64,000 nucleotides of DNA from Octopus vulgaris (taxonomy: Eukaryota). Positions 13,606-26,807 of the stretch are shown piece after piece. The stretch is from contig OX597821.1 in the NCBI GenBank assembly GCA_951406725.2, positions 84,754,001 through 84,818,000 of the forward strand, in the 5' to 3' direction. Made by a program: the position numbers and the translations under genes. Numbering within the stretch: position 1 is the first letter of the stretch; each line of letters begins with the position of its first letter. The notes below the pieces were generated by a model, which saw only the letters and a program-made list of their open reading frames with translations, searched no databases and had not been told where the DNA came from.

Positions 13606-13884
13606 AATAATATTAATAAGAAATCAAATCCTTTTTGTACGTAAATGCTTGTCGACTCAGGGCGTCATGATTGCAGTGTCAGGGTCAACACTCTATGTTG
13701 TGGCCATGAGTAAATAAGCATGATTATATTTCTGACATGGAACAACATGTGCAGGCGTGACTAAGAGGTAAACAGTTTGTTTCGTAATCAGGTGATTCTG
13801 AAACCTGGGTCATTGCGTGGCACCACTGGCAAGTGTCTTCTATTATAGCCTCAGATCGACCAAAAGTAAATATATATATATGTC

Positions 13885-14196
13885 CTGTGTGTGTTACCTA
13901 TTTTGACCCTCCACAAAATCCCAAAATTTATTTGATTTTGCTTTGCGGGAGCAACTGTTTTATCGAAAGCGTATATTGTTGTTAAATGCTCGAAATACGA
14001 GAGTAGAAAAACAGCCAACAACTGATGAAGGGTCGTTCTTTATGTTTGTCTTGTTTTCCATTTGTGTCTTTCATTGTTCGAAAGAATAGTTCATGTTCCA
14101 TGTTCTCATACTTCGTAATTTTTTGCTGTACACGGTTCATGATGTCCTGTGTCTACATATGCATATATATTTACGTATAGATGTATGTACATATAC

Positions 14197-14294
<98 letters not shown>

Positions 14295-14885
14295 TATATT
14301 ATCATATGATTGACCGCCACGCATCCTTTTCCAAATAAGTTTTATCTTAATAATTCTGATGCGAACTCTATACGATCTTTTTACTCTTTCGTTTTTCTCT
14401 CTTTTACTCTTTTACCTCCTCTTCTCCCACACTTCTAACCTATTACTCTGTCACTCTCTCTCACTCACTCACTCCCCCCCCCTTTCTCACGTGGCTTCCA
14501 CGTGACCCTCGGCCATCTTTCTTTCTTTCTCTCCGTTGTAGCTGGGACAAGGAAGACGTGTTCTTGTTAGTCTCCTGTCCTTGCTTGATCTACGCGTTCG
14601 CCACCAGAACCTCGTTTAGGATTAGCTGCCCTTCCTGTTTGTTTTCACTATCCTGTTTGTGTTACCTATTTTGACCCTCTACAAACTCGCAAATTTTATT
14701 TAATTTGCTTTGCGCGAGCAACTGTTTTATCGAAAGCTTATATTGCTGTCAAATGCTCGAAATACGAGAGTAAAAAAAACAGCCAACAACTGATGAAGGG
14801 CCTTCTTTATGTTTGTTTTGCTTTCCATTTGTGTCTTTCGTTGTTTAAAAGAATAGTTCATGTTCCATGTACTCGTCCTTCGTAC
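13885..14885 (+). mobile_element. PLE-associated repeat family F in partial tandem (period about 765 bp); other copies 4010-4345, 37360-38130, 9925-10180 minus
   Basis: 13885-14115 is repeated at 14650-14885. Shared hairpin, CGAAA...CTGA(T/A)GAAGGG motif and TA-rich end. Confidence 0.7.
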
Positions 14886-14899
14886 TGTATTAGGGAGAT

Positions 14900-15725
14900 G
14901 ATGAGAGACCAAAGGTTTGATGATGAGCTCATTGATGCTGAAAAAGCTGCGTAGCCGTCATTTAAGAAACTTTTCTGAGAGTTTTGGGGAGATCACAGCG
15001 AGAGAACTATTCTGACATTGTGAAAGAGCTACTGACACCATACAAGGACTTGGGATGCTATATGAGCCTAGAAATCCACTTCTTGAACTCTTACTTGGAC
15101 TTTTTCTCTGCAAATCTTGGGGCTGTCAGTGACAAGCACGGTGAGAGGTTTCACCAGGACATTCTGAACATAGAAGCCCGGTACCAAGGAAAGAGGAACT
15201 CTTCTATGTTGGACAGAAGCTAAATACAGTCGAAAATCATAAGTCTCTACTTTTTGAAGGTAAGCTTCCTTGTAATATCATGAAATACAATTGTTTAATA
15301 ATTTACATATGCTATCACAGAAAACCTATAACTTATAGAAAAAAATCTGAAAACACACTTCAATTCTTCAAATAAAATGCTATTAAGTTCGCCTACTTTT
15401 GTTAGTTAGTTAGTTAGTTAGTTAATTTTTTGGCTCAAAAGCAAAAAGCAAGGCCATGTAGAGGGACATGGAGTTAAGTACAGGGTGGTGTTCATGTAAA
15501 GAGTTCAGGCCACTTGAGGTCAAGGGAGACTTTGAACAAAGCGGTCGTCGGCATCTTCACCATCTCGTCTGGCAGCTTGTTCCACGGATCCGCAACCCGG
15601 ACGGAGAAAGCTCCTCTCCTTCGATTGAGATGAAATCGTCGCAGGTAGAGCTTTTCGGAATGACCCCGCAGCCGACGCTTTTTGTTTGTGGGACAGAAAT
15701 TTTCATTAATTCTGTTGACCAATTA
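14900..15725 (+). mobile_element. Chapaev(-3)-like DNA transposon 3' remnant, interrupted by the CR1-like LINE
   Basis: MSLEIHFLNSYLDFFSANLGAVSDKHGERFHQDI..EARYQG motif. Terminus-like TGTTGACCA at 15713-15721 and a better copy TTGTTGACCAGTG at 16132-16144. Family name is from recall. Confidence 0.6.
15402..15680 (-). mobile_element. CR1/L2-group LINE 3' end with (TAAC)n tail
   Basis: LRGHSEKLYLRRFHLNRRRGAFSVRVADPWNKLPDEMV...FKVSLD; possible TSD cttttgtt. Confidence 0.82.
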
Positions 15726-15769
15726 TAATTGTCAGTGTTGTTTCTGCATTAATTTAGTACATTTATCTA

Positions 15770-15985
15770 AGGCGGCGAGCTGGCAGAAATGTTAACTCGC
15801 TGGGCGAAATACTTAGCGGTATTTCGTCTATCTTTACGTTCTGAGTTCAAATTCTGCAGAGGTTGACTTTGCCTTTCATCCTTCCGGGGTCGATAAATTA
15901 AGTACTAGTTGCGTACTGGGGTCGATTTAATCGACTGGCCCCCTCCCAAAAACTTGGGATTTTGTGCCTAGAGTAGAAAAGAATA
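15770..15985 (+). mobile_element. tRNA-derived SINE family B, short-tail subtype (also 19808-20015, 30108-30325, 21805-21995 minus, 63475-63622 minus)
   Basis: GGCGGCGAGCTGGCAGAA head, GAGTTCAAATTC B box, core GTCGACTTTGCCTTTCATCC..GGGGTCGATAAA resembling the Deu/Nin-type SINE domain. Confidence 0.88.
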
Positions 15986-16245
15986 CAGTACATTTATTGT
16001 ATAATTGAGTCAATCTATTACATAAAGACCCATGCCTGAGAGAAAAATTCTGAAAACAGATTCGCAATCTACGTTAAACGTATTATGGAGTTCACTTTCT
16101 TTAGTTCATTGGTCAGCAAAACGTTCGAATTTTGTTGACCAGTGTAATTGACTGATCCTCCCGGAGTTTGTTTTTCAGAGCCAGGAACTTTTCAGCACCC
16201 TCTCTAATCTCTCTCTCTCTAATCTCTAATCTCTCTCTCTCTCTA

Positions 16246-16317
<72 letters not shown>

Positions 16318-16322
16318 CTCTC

Positions 16323-16433
<111 letters not shown>

Positions 16434-16475
16434 CTCTCTCTCTCTCTCTCTAATCTCTCTCTCTAATCTATCTAT

Positions 16476-16517
<42 letters not shown>

Positions 16518-16567
16518 ACAAATACACTTATAAATATATGCATGTAACTACTATTGATCTCTCTCTC

Positions 16568-16684
<117 letters not shown>

Positions 16685-18689
16685 GAAGTTGTATGTATGT
16701 ATGTATGGGTCGTAGAAGTTGCCAACTACTAAGGAGTGTCGAAACAATGACAAATCTTTGACGAAAAGAGAAGCATCAATTATGCATAATGGATTTTTTT
16801 CTAATTTATTTACATAAAGTACAACTGTTTAAGCTTAATTGTGCACGATACATTTAGTGTTTGAGATTTGGTTGGCCATTTGGCTGGCGAGATATGTGAA
16901 ATATTCAGAGAATTTCGTTATCTCGCGGACATTTTTGAATGCCGATTGTCTGAAAACTCTAATTGTTTTCAGAGAACAAAATTTATAATAGATTTCGACA
17001 GTGTGTGAGAAACAAAAGAGAGAAAAGCTTTTCAAGATAGAAGTTAAGCCATTGGTAACTATTGGTAACTAAGTAGCACAACATTCGTCATTTGATTAAA
17101 AAAAAAAGATAAAAGAAAACTCTGCTTAAACAATAAGGTCAGTATATGCATACAAATCTGCACACATATACACACTCGTGCGTCCTGTACATACGTCTGT
17201 GCGTACTTACATACATAAATACGTGTGTGTGTCTGTAATTGTGGGTTTATATATATTGTCGTCTAAAAATCCATAAATCAGAAAGAGGATGCAGTCGTCT
17301 ATATGTCAATAGAGTGGTTATATTTATCAACGTACACAGTATTATAGATCCATTACAGCGGGTCCTACGAATCGATTTCACATTGAGTACTAAAACCGGA
17401 TGTTACATCACGGTTAAAATGTACCGCGTGTTTTTCAGAGTTGGCAGAGATAAAAAAAAAATGGCGACTGCTCTCTGTTAATGGAAGAGAAAATTATCAC
17501 AGCCGGCTTCTAGATGCCGTGAAAAAAAAGACGAAACGAACTATGGGAGGCGAACTGAGCAAGTGTTTTATCAGGAGTTATGTCTCTTGGCCCCAAAGTA
17601 GGTTTTTTTTTTAGAACTGAAGCTAAGAGTTGGGCAATGGTTTCGCTCTGACTAATACCTTGTGAGTGAATTTGGTGGACAGAAACTGTGTGGAATCCCG
17701 TAGTGTATATATATGTATATGCATATATGCGCTTGTATGTCTTTGTGCTTGTTCACCACCACCAGCACTCGACAAACCGATGTTGGTTTGTTTACATCCC
17801 TGCAGACAACTGGAATGAATACCACACTTAAAAGTAAGTACTGGAATAGATTTGTTCGACTAAACTTTTCAAGGCTGTACCCCAGCTTGGCAGCTGTCTA
17901 ATGACTGAAACAAGTATAAGATAAAATAGATGACAAATGCATATCTATGTCTGCAAACATCGTAAGTATTTAGTTGTGGTTGCGTCTACTTGCGTAACAC
18001 CTAATGCTATGAACATGGGTAACATCAAATGTACAGCATCATAAAGAGAAGGTTGAAGTACAGTAAGAAAGAAAATTGTAATACTCAGAAAATATCACTT
18101 GTCAAGGAGAGATCGCGCTTCTGAAATTGTGACTAGAAGGAACAGTTTCTCGTGTAAGATGATATTTCAGCTTTACAAACCACCGCAGTATTTGTCAGTT
18201 TCCGGTTATCATAGAATGTCTTCACCAACTTGTTTTTCATCTTTACTTATCTCTTCTACTTCATAGATAAGAGCAAGAATTGTCAATATTTTATTTGCAA
18301 ATATGGATTTGAAGAGCCTGTGAAATAGTACAGAGGTACGGTTGATCAGTTTCTGGAAAACGAATAATGATAAGTTATTGCCAAGTCTTCACATTTTTAG
18401 TCTTGACCCAATGCCTATTTTTTTACATAATGAATTTGCCTACCATATATGCTATTCTACTTTGCATAAAACTTTAGCTATATGGGTACGCCTGGCTCTC
18501 ATTTTTTAAGTATTCTTGTGTGCCAATATTTTAGTAAAATGATGGTACCTTTTTTAATTATAATGTTACTTTGTAAATCAAAATCAAATAATTTTTAATA
18601 TTCAAATTTTATCCTTAGCTGCAATAAATTAAGTAAAATATTTCTTGTTCTGTACTTTACCAGATGTAATAACTTGTCCTGTACTTTTC

Positions 18690-18805
18690 CGGGTTTATAA
18701 TCTTATTAGCTTTTAAGCAACTGACCCTGAATGGGAAGATCTGCAAAGAGATCTCTGACTTGTTTTTGAGAATTTGTTGCAATTGCTTCCTCCAGAGTCA
18801 TTTCC
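18690..18805 (-). mobile_element. Possible Helitron Rep-helicase remnant
   Basis: EMTLEEAIATNSQKQVRDLFA resembles the Helitron LxEA...QLRxLFA linker. Helitron-like 5' ends on the minus strand at about 19003 and 20065. Confidence 0.4.
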
Positions 18806-18998
18806 TAAAAAAAACCGCCGAAAACAATCGCAGTAATGAAAATATAGGAATCCAAAATTCCAGGATTGCAGGTCCGGATTCGGCCCAGAATGTTTTTAAT
18901 TTACTCACGGAGTCAGCTTGATTTCAAAATGGCATGATATGTTGGGCTACGGCCTCTAGGAGTAAAGTTGAAAAAGTATGACACGCTGACGTTCACAT

Positions 18999-19560
18999 TT
19001 ATTACTTCCGCCAAGGAAGGAGGTTATGCTTTCATTGGCGTTGGTTTGTCTGTCTGTGTGCAAAATAACTCAAAAAGTTCTGAACGGTATTTAATGAAAC
19101 TTGCAGAAAAAGTTGCTATTGACACAAGGAACAGCTGATGAAATTTTGGTAGTGGTCCGGGAGTTTTTATGGATTCTTGAAGGATTTTTCATTTGTTATA
19201 TTTACTTTACATGAAGTGTTACGTTACGTTCTTTGATTATCTCCCTTGAAAAGACATCGTTTCCACGTAACCTATGGTGGCGTTGCATGAGAACATTTAT
19301 GGCGGTGTATGTGGTTGAAGTGGAAGCAATGACAATGCTATTGATGATGTTGGTGGTTGTGAACTGCTTCAGTAGATTCCTGTTTTTAAAGGGTTTTTTT
19401 CTTAAAATCATATGGCTGTGTTATTTTTTTTAACCCCACCAAGGAGGTTATGTTTTTGCCGGCGTTGGTTTGGGAAACTGGGCGATTTTCAGCATGCGTG
19501 TACATGGGTGGAAATGAGTTGCTTAGCGAAGGTCTGCGCTCTCCAAGTGCTTTTCTAGTT
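18999..19560 (+). mobile_element. Helentron-associated (HINE/DINE-like) non-autonomous element
   Basis: TTATTACTTCCGCCAAGG head, inverted CTTAGCGAAGG near the end, hairpin GCGCT-CTCCA-AGTGC and TTTTCTAGTT; second head at about 19431. Confidence 0.7.
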
Positions 19561-19564
19561 ATAA

Positions 19565-19795
19565 GGCGGCGAGCTGGCAGAACCGTTAGCGCGCCGGGTG
19601 AAATGCTTAGCGGTATTTCGTCTGTCGTTACGTTCTGAGTTCAAATTCCGCCGAGGTCAACTTTGCTTTCATCCTTTCGGGGTCGATAATTAAAGTACCA
19701 GTTTCGCACTGGGGGCGATATAATCGACTCAATCCCTTCGTCTGTCCTTGTTTGTCCCCTCTATGTTTAGCCCCTTGTGGGCAGTAAAGAAATAT
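19565..19795 (+). mobile_element. SINE family B, long-tail subtype (also 25158-25392, 34725-34955)
   Basis: Same head and core; tail TTTGTCCCCTCT.TGTTTAGCCCC.TGTGGG.A.TAAAGAAATA. Confidence 0.9.
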
Positions 19796-20734
19796 ATATT
19801 ACATCAAGGCAGCCAATTGGTAGAATCGTTAGCATGCCGGGTGAAATGTTTAGCGGTACTTTGTCTGCCGTTAGGTTTTGAGTTCGAATTCTGCCGAGGT
19901 CGACTTTGCCTTTCATCCTTTCGAGGTCAATAAAATTAGTACTGGAATTGATGTAATCGACTTAATCCCTTCCCCCAAAATTTGTGGCCCTGTGCTTCCA
20001 CTAGAAAGGGTTTATTAAAGTTGAAAAAGTGTGACACACTGATACACACATTTATTATATTAGATATGTTTGTTCGCGGCAGGAATTTCTGTCAAAGGGA
20101 CATGGTTAAACAAAGTTGTACATCACCTTCCTCTTTCTCTTTTATTATTACTCCTACTGCCACCATCAACACGACTACTTTTAATAAAACACCACAAACC
20201 CTCCCTAAATATCTTTGTTTCTTTCTCCCCCTCTCTCTCTGTCTTCACCACCCTCACCATTTCTGTGCCTCCTATTACTCTCACCCCATCATGAAGAATA
20301 GTAGGAGTGTCATTGAATAGTGAGAGAGAGAGGGATCTAAGTGTGACACACTGACACAGAAATTAGTTTTCGCATTTATCATATTAGAAGAATATAATTT
20401 CTCTTGCTCGCATTTTTCCATGTAATCCATGTCCTTTCTAGGTCAAGCTATTATGATAATTAATAATGTATTAAATGTGTCAATTAGCGGTGCCGTTGAT
20501 AATTTTTTCCTTACTTCAATGATGCCGGTGACATATATTAAAAGTCCCCTTATAGAACTATATCCATAACTTTTTTCTTATAAATTTTTTATTGCATGAG
20601 ATGGATACCATGAAATTCCTCGAATTGAGCTCTATCATTTAAGATTAATTAAAATAAAGTCAATTTTTAAAATAGAAAAGTTAATCATACTTAAATCTAA
20701 TTTTTTGCTTTATATTTCTTTTCGTGATATTTTA

Positions 20735-20959
20735 CCTCTTTTACTCTTTTACTTGTTTCAGTCATTTGACTGTGTCCATGCTGGAGCACCACCTTTAGTC
20801 GAGCAAATCGACACCAGGACTTATCCTTTGTAAGCCTACTATTTATTCTATCGGTCTGTTTTGCCGAACCGCTAAGTTACGGTGACGTAAACACACCAGC
20901 ATCGGTTGTCAAGCAATGTTGGGGGGACAAACACAGACACACAAACATACATACACACG

Positions 20960-21013
<54 letters not shown>

Positions 21014-21188
21014 TACATATATATGACGGGATTCTTTCAGTTTCCGTCTACCAATTCCATTCACAAAGCTTTGGTCGGCCCGAGGCTATAGTAGAAGACA
21101 CTTTCCCAAGGTGCCATGCAGTGGGACTGAACCCGGAACCATATGGTTCGTATGCAAGCTACTTACCACATAGCCACTCCTACGCCTA
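20735..21188 (-). mobile_element. SINE family A (head-only copy at 21570-21725)
   Basis: Reverse-complement homology to 33006-33425. Confidence 0.9.
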
Positions 21189-21532
21189 CTTTTTTGATTT
21201 ACCGATACAAATTTTTGTTGCATGGGACCCAAACTATAAACTTCCTCACGCTTTCTTCTATCATTGAAGCTAAGATAAATATATTTTGCTTTTAAAATAA
21301 AAATGTTATTTAGATCTAAACTTTATTGGAGGCGTTACTCTCCTATAAATTTTGATGTAAACTTTTTTTTTCTACTGGATCAAATCTCAATTTTTTTTTA
21401 TACCAAAATGTAGCTAGGGACCAGTCCTCTTCTTTGGTTAAGAACTGAATTAGCGACAAGCTCCGAAAGATGCTGCATGTGAGTAAATTGCGACGTTAAG
21501 AATATTATTCAACTACTACTACCGTAATTGAA

Positions 21533-21574
<42 letters not shown>

Positions 21575-21748
21575 CGGGCTTCTTTCAATTTCCGTCTACC
21601 AAATCCACTCACAAGGTCGGCCCGAGGCTATAGTAGAAGACACTTGCCCAAGATGCCACGCAGTGGGACTGAACCTGGAACCATGTGGTTGGAAAGCAAG
21701 CTCTTACCTTACAGCTACGCATGCGTGTACACACTCACACACACACAT

Positions 21749-21784
<36 letters not shown>

Positions 21785-22336
21785 TTATTTGTGCTGAAGA
21801 TATAAGGCCTGAAATTCTTGGAATTGAAGGCTAGTCGATTACATCAACTCCAGTGCTCAATTGGTACTTATTTTATCGACTCTGAAAGGATGAAAAGCTA
21901 AGCGAACCTTGGAGGAATTTCAACTTAGAACGTCAACCTGGAAGAAATGCCGCAAAGCATTTTGCCTGCGTCCTGGCGATTCTTCCAGCTTACTGTCTTA
22001 TTTTTTTAGCTCAGATTGCCAACGAGGGATCATTGTAGATCATTTCGCGTACGATTTTTATAACTCTCGGCACTTTTTAATTGCTCATCACTGAACAGTC
22101 GCGCAGGCCCCTACACCACCGCACCACATACGGGAAGCTTATATCACCCAGCAGTCATTTATATCGACTATAATACTCGACTGGTACTACATTTTATCGA
22201 CCATCGGAATGAAAAAAATAAAACTCAAAAAACAGGTCACTCACAGAGAGATTTGAAATCAAAATAGAAAAGATTTTAACGAAATACCGTAAAGAATTTT
22301 GTTCGACCCTCTAATCTAAAAATCCCCTTTATTCCG

Positions 22337-22367
<31 letters not shown>

Positions 22368-23520
22368 CTCTCTGTCTTTCCCTCCCTTCAAATGTTTTGG
22401 GGGAAGATTGATCAATGGCTACCTTTTCTTTTTCACTCATTTCACTTATTGGACTGCGGTCATGTTGGAGCATTGAGAGCCATTAACTCATCCTGTTTGG
22501 AATTTCCTGGAAAGGCCATATAAAATCATCTTCTTTTTCTTCTCCTCCACATTTTCCTTCTTCTTCCTCCTCCTCCTCCTCCTCCTCCTCCTCCACCTCC
22601 TCTTCTTCTTCCCCTTCTTCTTCTTCTCTCCATTTCCTTTTCATCCCCCATTCAATCCTCCCTTACTCACTTCTTAGTTTCTGAAGTGTCACTATTTAAA
22701 CTCCAAATATGTCGAGATCGAGTCCACTGATTTCTCTGCTGTATTATACTGAAGATCATAAAATTCAGAAAGGAGATACATACAAGTGGGTAATTTGCCT
22801 GAAAATAAAACAAAGATGATTTTTCTCTTTTTTTTTTTTTTCTAAAGGAAAGGAGTTGGGTTAAGTGTGTCTAAGAATGTGTAAGTATTACCACGTGTAT
22901 CGGTGTACTCACATCAAAGCTAATGTACACTGTCTTGCTATGTGTGTTTTAAACATCAAAATAACACATGCTGTCATTTCTGTCATTTTGACAAAGAAGT
23001 TTATGGAGCAAGAAGGGGAAGAAATAGAATTCGAGGAAACTAGCGATGATCTACACCGTGGCTTAGCGTGTGATGCCAGAACTGCGAGAAGAGTGCGCTA
23101 TTTTATTTATTATTACTACTTTATTTGTTTGTCTTCTGAAATGTTTTGTGCTCAGGATAACCGCCCCTGTGGCCCCGCCCTTACTACACCACTGAGTTTT
23201 CGTCGGTTGGCAAAAAAAAAACAAAAAAAAAAAACAGTTGGTTTAAGACTGAAGAGGAGGATCCTGTGCTACAATCACTTATGTTCTTGTTAATTATCTT
23301 TTAACGGTTTTTAATAGCTTTCTCAGAGGAGCAAGGGTAACGTCTATCGCTATTTTTTGCTGGACCACCCAGCAGAGTGGGCCTCAGAGTTGCTGGCACT
23401 TCGTTCAAGCTACATTTCGACGCTTCTGCAAGAATATATACTTTAATAAATTTCGTAAAGAGTAAAAACTTCAAATGTAGAAATAAAGGATTTTATGCAA
23501 ATTTATTAAAATGTAAGAAT

Positions 23521-23925
23521 AGGCGCAGGAGTGTCTGTGTGGTTTCGGATTCAGTCCCACTGCGTGGCATCTTGGGCAAGTGTCTTCTGCTATAGCCCCG
23601 GACCGACCAATGCCTTGTGAGTGGATTTGGTAGACGGAAACTGAAAGAAGCCTGTCGTATATATGTATATATATATGTATGTATGTGTGTGTGCTTGTGT
23701 GTCTGTGTTTGTCCCCCTAGCATTGCTTGAGTACCGATGCTGGTGTGTTTACGTCCCCGTCACTTAGCGGTTCGGCAAAAGAGACCGATAGAATAAGTAC
23801 TGGGCTTACAAAGAATAAGTCCCGGGGTCGAGTTGCTCGATTGAAGTAGGTGCTCCAGCATGGCCGCAGTCAAATGACTGAAACAAGTAAAAGAGTAAAA
23901 TAGTAAAAAGAGAGTAAAGAGAGAG
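23521..23925 (+). mobile_element. SINE family A
   Basis: Homology, with a small deletion in the head. Confidence 0.9.
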
Positions 23926-25433
23926 TGTAATTTATCACTTAATTAATTAATTTACTATGTTCCCTTACCACCTTTGTATTATTGGAAAATCTCAATAGTT
24001 AACGGGACACTCCCAAACAGGGTCGTCATATAAAGCAGAATTGGTTTCCAGGCTCAGCAATGCGCTAAATACTCATTTGTTTCGCAGAAAACCACAGTAT
24101 TTATGTTTTTAACGCTGTTGACACCACCGAATCGAATGGTACTGTTCAGGTATTGAAACCATAATGACATCCGTTAGGTAGCTGAAAATGAGATATATAC
24201 GTTTGACCGCTGTGTTGACAGCAAACATTTTGTATGTTGTCTTTTCGTGGCTCTAAGTTGTTCATTGAAATTCTAGTTCTTGCTGAGTTAAACTTTTTTA
24301 GGGCACCTTAGTTTTTTGGTGTGTGGTGGTTTTGACGCCTATATCATACCATACATTAAAACTGCGTGATTGTTCTTCATTGAGATTTTAATTCTAGTAA
24401 GGATAGTACTCGTTTAGGGGCTTATAGTATATGGAGGTTTTGTTATAAAGATTAGCATAAAATCCCGACACTCGTGGAAATTCTTAGGTAACTGTTCAGT
24501 GTTCCCACGCCTTAAGACAAAGCTACTTCTAAGCATGTGGTGTCTCGGGTAATTAAATCCTTGCTCAGCCGGTACCTTCAGCTCACCCTGCTTCAGATAC
24601 AAGTGGAAAAGAAAATGAAGAAACCACATCGCATAAGATTCTGCAGTAGGAAGCATCAAGGTACTAAGTTATTCTCAAACTGCAGACCTCATTTTCTGAA
24701 TACTTACAGCAGAAAGGTTTCTGCTTAAGGTAACTAAAGGGGTTCATGTTTTTAACCTCGTAGATTTAAAACTCTGATCAGTGGATTAGATATTATTTAG
24801 TTTGATTTGCGGAAATATATTGTCAATGAAGGGCCGCAGTTATCCAGAGTGATCGCGGATTAGGTAACCCGATGAAGGACTAGTGATTTGCATCCTGTTA
24901 ACAACACTATGTCAGTAATACATTTAACTCGCAATAACGTGCTCCACCAGAGCTGTGGTGGGAAATCACATTGGACGGTGAATGATATAGGAATTTATTC
25001 TGCATAAGAATATTTGGGTAAACTTCCTTCAAAAGGATATTTTAGATATGAACTTCCTTTGTCTTATTCAGTTTCTGTGCCATCAAAACCTTGCATGCTG
25101 CCTGAGACCAACAATTTGTATATCAGTCCGTATATTGAATTACTCTTACGGAGGTAAGGCAGCGTGCTGGCAGAAACGTTAGCACGCCGGGCGAAATGCG
25201 TAGCCGTATTTCGTCTGCCGTTACGTTGTGAGTTCAAATTCCGCCGAGATCGACTTTGCCTTTCATCCTTTCGGGGTCGATAAATTAAGTACCAGTTATG
25301 CACTGGGGTCGATGTAATCGACTTAATACCTATGTCTATCCTTATTTGTCCCCTCTATGTTTAGCCCCTCGTGGGTAATAAAGAAATAGGTATAGACTTG
25401 TCAATTAGTGTTCGAGGAAAAAATATGCAATAC

Positions 25434-25645
25434 AAAGGGGTGCTGGAAAGTTCCTGGCTTTAATGATATCGCGAAAGGCCTGGCTGGAGGCCCAACCTTC
25501 CGAATTGTTTTACAGGGCTTAGTAAAACTGAAGGACCGCTGCAATAAGTGCGTGAAATGGTGAGGGGAATAATAAAATCATAATTAATTGATCCTCCTGT
25601 ATTTTCTTATACTCAAAGCCAAGAACTTTTCAGTACCCGCTCCTA
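25434..25645. mobile_element. Mariner-like MITE (partial copies at 6366-6443, 10741-10872, 16165-16202)
   Basis: TIRs GGGGTGCTGGAAAGTTCCTGGCTTT / AAAGCCAAGAACTTTTCAGTACCC. Confidence 0.7.
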
Positions 25646-25796
25646 TATGTTTTAGTTCTATATAAGAAACCATGGGCTAGTAAGTTAACTGGCTATGAAC
25701 TGCTAGAACGACGCATCGATATGAGTATACATTATCAAATTGAGTGAAATGACGAAAGTATCCATCGAGAAACATATTTAAACAAACGTACGTTTT

Positions 25797-26372
25797 CTTA
25801 TTTCTTTATTACCCACATAGAGGGGACAAACAAGGACAGACAAAGGGATTAAGTCGATTATATCAACCCCAGTGCGTAACTGGTACTTAATTTATCGACC
25901 CCGGAAGGATGAAAAGAAAAGTCGACCTCGGCGGAATTTGAACTCAGAACGTAGCGATAGGCGAAATAGCGCTAAACGAAATTTCTTTACTACCCACCAG
26001 GGGCTACACACAGAGGGGACAAACATGGACAGACAAACGGATTAAGTCGATTATATCGACCCCAGTGCGTAAGAAAGGATGAAAGGCAAAGTCGACCTCG
26101 GCGGAATTTGAACTCAGAACGTACCGGCAGACGAAATACCTATTTCTTTACTACCCACAAGGGGCTACTCACAGAGGGGACAAACAAGGACAGACAAACG
26201 GATTAAGTCGATTATATCGACCCCTGTGCGTAACTGGTACTTATCTAATCGACCCCGAAAGGATGAAAAGCGAAGTCGTCCTCGGCGGAATTTGAACTCA
26301 GAACGTGGCGGCAGACGAAATACCGCTAAGCATGTCGCCCGGCGTGCTAACGATTCTGCCAGCTCGCCGCCG
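25797..26372 (-). mobile_element. SINE family B multimer (one head plus three tandem bodies)
   Basis: Repeated tail-to-body junctions at about 26140 and 25980. Confidence 0.88.
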
Positions 26373-26449
26373 TACGATTTCTGCGATAAATTGAGAAGCG
26401 GTGACGAGTGACAGTTCTGTAAATAATAATATTTATAAGCTTAAAGCTA

Positions 26450-26560
26450 ATATGACCCGAAGAGGCGCATTCTACACCAGAGATGTAAGATAATTGACTG
26501 CACAACACCTCATCTGTGAACTACAGGTGCGAGAATGCGTCGAAACAATTGTATTAATTT
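26450..26560 (+). ncRNA. Hammerhead-like motif, U4C core
   Basis: CCGAAGA-GGCGCATTCT...AGAATGCGTC-GAA-ACAATTGT-A; 10-bp stem II, palindromic stem III, weak stem I. Confidence 0.55.
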
Positions 26561-26760
26561 CAAATAAAGGAAGTCGGTAATTCCATTTTCTGTTGTTTAT
26601 CTGTTTATATAAATTCTACGGATTCTGTGGAATTCCCGATGTAAATCCTGTAGCATGTGCATTTCTACTTTATAATGACATCAGATAATCAATAACTATG
26701 GGCGAGCTTTACACAGCATTATACAAAATTTTTACTCGAATCTTACTTAACTATATATAT

Positions 26761-26807
<47 letters not shown>

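Noticed and set aside
18205-18320. Possible minus-strand exon LFKSIFANKILTILALIYEVEE
   Set aside because: No recognisable homology or partner exons; it probably belongs to a transposon remnant.
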